From NCBI GenBank assembly GCA_031549265.1, contig JAVBQB010000002.1, positions 28,038 to 92,037 on the forward strand: 64,000 nt of DNA, written 5' to 3'. The position numbers and the translations under genes are program-made. This document shows positions 58,999 through 64,000 of the stretch, piece after piece. The stretch's first letter is position 1, and every line of letters starts with the position of its first letter. This stretch comes from Oscillospiraceae bacterium. GTDB taxonomy: Bacteria; Bacillota; Clostridia; Oscillospirales; JAVBQB01. The notes beneath the pieces were generated by a model. That model made no database searches. It was not told where the DNA came from and saw only the letters and a list, made by a program, of their open reading frames with translations.

Positions 58999-60898
58999 GG
59001 GCTTCACCTGATTTCTCCGATGTCATTTCAGCGTGTTTCCGCGACTGGAGCCAAATGATAAGCGCTGCGATGTCGGCGGGATTGACGCCGGGAATGCGTG
59101 ACGCGTGGCCGAGCGACGCCGGGCGCACCTTAGTAAGATATTGCCGCGCTTCAATCCGAAGGCCGGCAATTGAGGCATAATCAATGTCGTCAGGCAGGCG
59201 GTGTGCCTCCATTCTGCCAAACTGCTGCACCTGACTACGCTGTCTTGAGATGTAGCCCTCATATTTTATCGAAATCTCAACCGCGCTTTGTATGTCAAGG
59301 GTCAGCTCCTGACGGTCGGGGTCAAACGGGGCGAGCGACTTGTAATCAAGCTGAGGGCGCTTGATAAGGTCATAGAGGCGGACGCCGCTGGACACCGGCG
59401 CGCTCTCGCGGGAGACAAGCAGCTCATTCAAGAGGTCGGACGGGGGAACGACGACCTTGGAAACGCGCTTGATCTCGTCCTCAATACGCTCGTATTTGTC
59501 AAGGCAGCGCCGATACCGCTCATCCGAAATAAGGCCGACGCCGTGCCCGATATGGCAGAGCCGCAGGTCGGCGTTATCCTGCCGCAGTATCAGCCGGTAC
59601 TCCGAGCGGGAGGTCATGATGCGGTAAGGCTCGGTGACTCCTTTGGTGACAAGGTCATCGATCATAGTGCCGATGTAGGAATTTGCCCGGTCGAAAACGA
59701 TCTGCTCGCGCCCGAGAATCTTCATGGAAGCGTTTATTCCGGCGACAAGTCCGAGCGCCGCCGCTTCCTCGTAGCCGGAAGTGCCGCAGAACTGCCCCGC
59801 GCCGTAAAGGCCGCCGATCTTCTTGATCTCCAGCGTCGGATACAGCTCAAGCGGGTTGATACAGTCGTATTCTATGGCGTAGCCGGGGCGCATTATCTCG
59901 GCATTCTCCATGCCTGGCACAGAATGGAGCATCGCGACCTGCACGTCCTCCGGCAATGACGTGGACATGCCCTGAAGGTACATTTCGGCGGAGTTTTCGC
60001 CGGTCGGCTCAAGGAACAGAGGGTGCCGCGGCTTGTCGGCAAATTTGACTATCTTGTCCTCTATCGAGGGGCAGTAGCGCGGCCCCACACCGGATATAAC
60101 GCCCGAATAAAGCGGCGAGCGCGAGAGATTCGCCCTGATGATATCGTGGGTCTGCTCAGTTGTCCAGTTCAGCCAGCAAACCGCCGAATTGACCGGAGGG
60201 TGCTCGCTCTCAAACGAGAACGGATAGACATCCTCGTCGCCCGGCTGGACTTCAAATTTGGAAAGGTCGACCGTATTCAGGCTGATACGCGGGGGAGTGC
60301 CCGTCTTAAACCGGCGCATGTCGAGGCCAAGTGAGGATAGGCGAGCGCCGAGCCCGATCGCCGCGCTGAGTCCGTCCGGGCCGGAGGAAGCGGTAAGCTC
60401 GCCGACGATAACGCGGCCGTCCAGATATGTGCCTGAACAGAGCACGACCGCGCGGACGTGGTATACACCGCCGGTAGCGGTAGTTACCGAGCACACGCGG
60501 CCGTCAGAAACTCCGATGTCGATGACTTCGGCCTGACGCAAAACGAGATTTTGCTGATTCTCCAGCGTCTGCTTCATCAGGTGACGGTAAGCCAGCCGGT
60601 CGGACTGGGCTCGCAGAGAGTGAACGGCGGGGCCTTTCCCGCGGTTGAGCATTCGTAGCTGGATAGAGGTTTTGTCAGCCGATTTGGCCATCTGGCCGCC
60701 CAGAGCGTCAATCTCGCGGACGAGATGACCCTTGGCCGTCCCGCCGATGGACGGATTGCACGGCATGTTGCCGACGGCGTCAAGATTGATGGTAAAGCAT
60801 ATGACCCGCAGTCCAAGCCGGGAGCCCGCAAGAGCGGCCTCAATTCCGGCGTGTCCGGCTCCGATCACGGCCATATCATAATTACCTGCGTTGTACAT
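58991..60898 (-). CDS. mnmG: tRNA uridine 5-carboxymethylaminomethyl modification enzyme MnmG (GidA)
   Basis: Start MYNAGNYDMAVIGAGHAGIEAA at 60898 after GGAGA. 635 aa. The track ORF extends to 61264 by reading through the upstream gene's 3' end. Confidence 0.96.
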   Translation of the reverse strand: MYNAGNYDMAVIGAGHAGIEAALAGSRLGLRVICFTINLDAVGNMPCNPSIGGTAKGHLVREIDALGGQMAKSADKTSIQLRMLNRGKGPAVHSLRAQSDRLAYRHLMKQTLENQQNLVLRQAEVIDIGVSDGRVCSVTTATGGVYHVRAVVLCSGTYLDGRVIVGELTASSGPDGLSAAIGLGARLSSLGLDMRRFKTGTPPRISLNTVDLSKFEVQPGDEDVYPFSFESEHPPVNSAVCWLNWTTEQTHDIIRANLSRSPLYSGVISGVGPRYCPSIEDKIVKFADKPRHPLFLEPTGENSAEMYLQGMSTSLPEDVQVAMLHSVPGMENAEIMRPGYAIEYDCINPLELYPTLEIKKIGGLYGAGQFCGTSGYEEAAALGLVAGINASMKILGREQIVFDRANSYIGTMIDDLVTKGVTEPYRIMTSRSEYRLILRQDNADLRLCHIGHGVGLISDERYRRCLDKYERIEDEIKRVSKVVVPPSDLLNELLVSRESAPVSSGVRLYDLIKRPQLDYKSLAPFDPDRQELTLDIQSAVEISIKYEGYISRQRSQVQQFGRMEAHRLPDDIDYASIAGLRIEARQYLTKVRPASLGHASRIPGVNPADIAALIIWLQSRKHAEMTSEKSGEAHE

Positions 60899-61013
60899 CC
60901 ATATTCTCCAAACTAGCCCTTCCAAACAGACCGGTGAATACCGGCCATTCGGAAGGGCGGAATAAAAACGTGATAAAGGCGAAGCTATCGCCGTTATGCT
61001 GAAACTGCTGAAA

Positions 61014-62216
61014 TCATCGTGTAAAAATATCAAGCGGGTACTTCTCGCCGTCAACAATCCAGCCAAGCGAGCGGTCGCGGGCAAATTTGTCGAGATCGCC
61101 ATTAAGCGTGCGCCCGGCGGCGGCGGATGTTTTCTCGGGCGAAGGAATAACCGGAACGAATGCGTTCGGTAACAGATCAGGGAACTTTTGGCTGATCGAG
61201 GCGTAAGCGTCACCGAAATTGGCGGCCGTCGCTTTGGAACAATCAATATATACCCGGGAAACAAGCGGAAGCAAAAGATTCAAGTTCTGTCCGGCGGCTG
61301 TGAAATCTGCGTCCGAAACCGAGCGGTAGTCCACAAAGCAGGAAAGCTGTGCGTTTGAACCGACGGCGGATTTGAGCTTGGTGAGGAATGAAGCGATCGC
61401 TGTGTCTTTACCGGGCGGGGATTCTCCGTAATATACCATGCTCACTTTACCGGCGGTGGGGAACTGAAGGTTATCCAGCGCGATCTCGTCAAAGCCGAAC
61501 TGAGAGAGCTCCGAAATAATGGCGGTCATGTACTCGGCAGATTCCTCGCTGTAGGGATTCAACCACGGGCGGTTGTTGTTGTCCAGCCACATGTATCCGC
61601 TCTTGGTCTTAATAGACGTACTTGTGAAGAACCTCGGGATTTTGTTGTCGCGGAAGACCGAGACGCGCGCAATCAGGTGGGGTACGCCGCCGTCGCGCAG
61701 CTTTTTAACAACCGCCGCAATGTCGATATCCGGGGAAGCGGCTTTCGCAGTCTTGGGCATTTGGAATGCGGAATCCCAGTACAGCTTGCCGTCCGGCGCC
61801 TTCATCTCGATCATCAGGGCGTTGATATCTGTGGAAGATACGAGAGCTATATAGGTTTCAAGCTGAGCCGGGTCAGTGAGAGCGGAGCTTGGCAGGGTGA
61901 TCGCGCTGAGCTTATTATCCAGCTTCGCAGGCGTCGGTGTGGGTGTCGGCGCCGGCGTGGGTGTAACAGCGGGTGACGACTCGGGAGCTCCGGTTACGAT
62001 GGGGGGCGGCGAGTCCAGCGGCGGGGGAGGCTGGGAAACCTGGCTGACCCACGGCAGGTCGACGCGAACCCCGTCTGAGGTGTAGGTAATAAACCGCTGC
62101 AGTACAAAGAAAAAGATGACGAAAGCAAGCGCAAGCACGCCCAGTGTAATGAGCGTCCATTTTATGATCTGGGTAGACAGCTTCTTTCCCTTATAAGATG
62201 AATATCTTGCCGCCAT
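61014..62216 (-). CDS. Membrane-anchored DUF4015-like putative glycoside hydrolase
   Basis: An N-terminal TM helix (WTLITLGVLALAFVIFFFVL), a Pro/Thr linker (TPTPAPTPTPTPA), then INALMIEMKAPDGKLYW, ARVSVFRDN, WLNPYSEESAEYMTAIISELSQFGFDEIALDNLQFP, which resembles the DUF4015 family from memory. ATG 62216 is preferred (GAAGGG RBS). Confidence 0.65.
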   Translation of the reverse strand: MAARYSSYKGKKLSTQIIKWTLITLGVLALAFVIFFFVLQRFITYTSDGVRVDLPWVSQVSQPPPPLDSPPPIVTGAPESSPAVTPTPAPTPTPTPAKLDNKLSAITLPSSALTDPAQLETYIALVSSTDINALMIEMKAPDGKLYWDSAFQMPKTAKAASPDIDIAAVVKKLRDGGVPHLIARVSVFRDNKIPRFFTSTSIKTKSGYMWLDNNNRPWLNPYSEESAEYMTAIISELSQFGFDEIALDNLQFPTAGKVSMVYYGESPPGKDTAIASFLTKLKSAVGSNAQLSCFVDYRSVSDADFTAAGQNLNLLLPLVSRVYIDCSKATAANFGDAYASISQKFPDLLPNAFVPVIPSPEKTSAAAGRTLNGDLDKFARDRSLGWIVDGEKYPLDIFTR

Positions 62217-62326
62217 AATAACAACCCTTCGCAGAATACTCAATAACTATAAATATTTACAATTGGAAGATATCGATTCTATACCATATTATTACATAAA
62301 TGCCGGGTAATAATCAACTTATTTAT

Positions 62327-63163
62327 TCATCTGACGCGCTTAGAGCTGAGCTTCAGGTCAACGATGATTTTTCTCGGGCACTTTTCGGCGCAGTCGCCGC
62401 AGTCAACGCACTTGTCGTGGTCGATGACCGCGAGGTTGTCCGTGACCGTGATTGCGCCCTCCTTGCAGGTCTGCTCACAGATTTTGCAGCCCATGCAGCC
62501 AATGTCACATATCTCGCGGAGCATTTCGCCGGTGTATTTAGACGAACAGATGACATTTACGTCGGAGTAGTACGGCTCAAAGACGATAAGAGCGCGCGGG
62601 CAGACACCGTGGCATTTTCCGCAGGCGGTACAGCGCGTCGGATCGATGGCAGCCACTCCGTTTTTCATATATATCGCGCCGCTCGGGCAGACAGCCGCGC
62701 AGCTGCCGAGCCCGAGGCAGCCAAACTGGCAGACAGTCGAGCCGCCGCAGTAGTTCTGGGCGGAGGCGCAGTCGGCAAGTCCGGAGTAGTTAAATTTCTT
62801 CTTTGCGAGGTCGCCGCCAGCGCACTTGACTATTGAGAGCCGCTTGTCCTCAGGTTCAACGCGCAGTCCGAGAATTTCTGACGCGGCGTTCTTTGCCTTG
62901 CCGTCGATGCCTTGGCATTTGGACGGGCGGGAAAGTCCCTCGGACATCGCGATCGCATGCGAATAGCATCCGGAAAAACCGCATGCTTTGCAGTTGAGGC
63001 CAGGCAGCTCGGAGAAGACGGGGTCGATAACCTCATCGGCGCGCCTGCCGACGGCCGAATAGGAAAGCGTTATCACAAGAACCGCAACAATGCCCAGTCC
63101 AACAAGGATAAGCGCGGCGTAAACAAAATTCATATAATCCATTATGGCAACCTTCCAAAACAA
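62327..63163 (-). CDS. rnfB: Rnf electron transport complex subunit B (polyferredoxin)
   Basis: 278 aa. An N-terminal TM helix, a 4Fe-4S_dom region (LPGLNCKACGFSGC), then several CxxCxxCxxxCP ferredoxin motifs. Confidence 0.85.
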   Translation of the reverse strand: MFWKVAIMDYMNFVYAALILVGLGIVAVLVITLSYSAVGRRADEVIDPVFSELPGLNCKACGFSGCYSHAIAMSEGLSRPSKCQGIDGKAKNAASEILGLRVEPEDKRLSIVKCAGGDLAKKKFNYSGLADCASAQNYCGGSTVCQFGCLGLGSCAAVCPSGAIYMKNGVAAIDPTRCTACGKCHGVCPRALIVFEPYYSDVNVICSSKYTGEMLREICDIGCMGCKICEQTCKEGAITVTDNLAVIDHDKCVDCGDCAEKCPRKIIVDLKLSSKRVR

Positions 63164-63207
63164 CTGGAGTAAAAAAATTAATCAAACCGGCGATGCGCCA
63201 ATGGAAC

Positions 63208-63795
63208 TCAGATGCGAAGTCCCGTAAAGCCCATAAAAGACAGCGCCAGCAGCGCCGCCGATATCATTGCCACGGGCAGCCCCTGAAAGGCGGCCGGGAT
63301 GTCTGCAAATTGGAGCCGCTCGGCAATAAGGGAATACAGAACCATGGCGATCATGAATCCGGTTCCTGCGAGCAGGCCGTATAGCGTAGACATCAGAATA
63401 CCGGACTGCGAGCTGGTGTTGATAAGGACGACGCCCAATATCGCGCAGTTGGTAAGCAGCATGGAGAAATTGCGGCCCATCAGCGAATACAGGCGGTGCA
63501 TAGACAAGCGCAGCAGCATGTCGAACAGGGTGACAATTACGAGGATGATAATCAAAAACGCGACAATCCGCAGGTACTGCAAGCCGAACGGCACGAGAAC
63601 GTAGTTGTTCAGCAGCGCGCAGCCTGCCGAGGCGGCGGTCATCACCAGAAGCACCGATGTGCCCATCGCGGCGGCGGAGGACGGCTTTGTATTTGAACTT
63701 ACAAAGGGACAGACACCCAGGAATTTAACCAGCACAAAGTTTTCGACGAGTATGGCGGTCAGCGCGAGCGATATGAAAGAAAATACCGAGTCCAT
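63208..63795 (-). CDS. rnfA: Rnf electron transport complex subunit A
   Basis: 195 aa polytopic protein. LVENFVLVKFLGVCPF and LTNCAILGV are typical of RnfA/NqrE. Confidence 0.9.
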   Translation of the reverse strand: MDSVFSFISLALTAILVENFVLVKFLGVCPFVSSNTKPSSAAAMGTSVLLVMTAASAGCALLNNYVLVPFGLQYLRIVAFLIIILVIVTLFDMLLRLSMHRLYSLMGRNFSMLLTNCAILGVVLINTSSQSGILMSTLYGLLAGTGFMIAMVLYSLIAERLQFADIPAAFQGLPVAMISAALLALSFMGFTGLRI

Positions 63796-64000
63796 CAGCC
63801 CGCCCTCCCGTTGGTCTTAAAGATGCGCTGGAACAGGGCGGCGAGGATTCCCAGCGTCAGAAACGCGCCTGGCGCCGCCGTCATAATGATGGCGGGAAAG
63901 CTGATGCCGGGAACGGCGATGCCAAAAAAGGTCCCGTGGCCGAGCACCTCGCGAACAGAAGAGATCAAAACCAGCGCCAGCAGGAAGCCGAGCCCCATAG
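63795..64000 (-). CDS. rnfE: Rnf electron transport complex subunit E (C-terminal part; 5' end outside the window)
   Basis: A hydrophobic C-terminal fragment (...LISSVREVLGHGTFFGI...) ending in an ATGA overlap with rnfA. The gene order E-A-B fits rnfCDGEAB. Confidence 0.7.
   Translation of the reverse strand, partial: MGLGFLLALVLISSVREVLGHGTFFGIAVPGISFPAIIMTAAPGAFLTLGILAALFQRIFKTNGRAG

Noticed and set aside
61916-61970. Repetitive GGTGT/GGCGT-rich DNA in the DUF4015-like gene.
   Set aside because: It encodes a Pro/Thr linker (TPTPAPTPTPTPA) in frame. This is a low-complexity coding repeat, not a DNA repeat element.

Overview
This 64-kb window is the chromosomal replication-origin region of a GC-rich Firmicutes genome that looks Clostridia-like, judged only from gene content and synteny. 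The core is the divergent rpmH / dnaA pair. dnaA-dnaN-yaaA-recF-remB-gyrB-(2 unknown ORFs)-gyrA-rnhA runs leftward on the minus strand, and rpmH-rnpA-yidD-yidC-jag runs rightward on the plus strand. The AT-rich dnaA-dnaN spacer (48699-48944) carries relaxed DnaA boxes and is my oriC candidate. Right of jag, the usual continuation appears inverted: mnmG-rsmG-noc-parA-parB reads on the minus strand, mnmE is absent, and an unknown membrane coiled-coil gene plus serS are appended. A perfect parS site lies between noc and parA. The rest is dense housekeeping:
- htrA, ddl, murI, argS, an S41 protease and tex
- gdpP-rplI-dnaB-tilS-hpt-ftsH
- aspS and hisS
- a pgk-tpiA-gpmI-eno operon
- degV, trmL, proBA and pth
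- nifS-nifU
- a DUF4015-like protein and rnfEAB

I saw no rRNA, tRNA, CRISPR array, transposase, integrase or phage genes. The least explained items are:
- two tandem paralogous small membrane proteins of lower GC wedged into the gyrB-gyrA operon, which ends in a translationally coupled RNase HI
- a 519-aa HTH protein with a large unrecognised domain, followed by a GlmU whose uridyltransferase signature is degenerate
- the membrane coiled-coil gene overlapping parB

Many long ORFs in the track are antisense shadows of real genes, or 5' extensions past the real RBS-linked start. All family calls rest on motifs read by eye and on remembered synteny, and no database search was possible.
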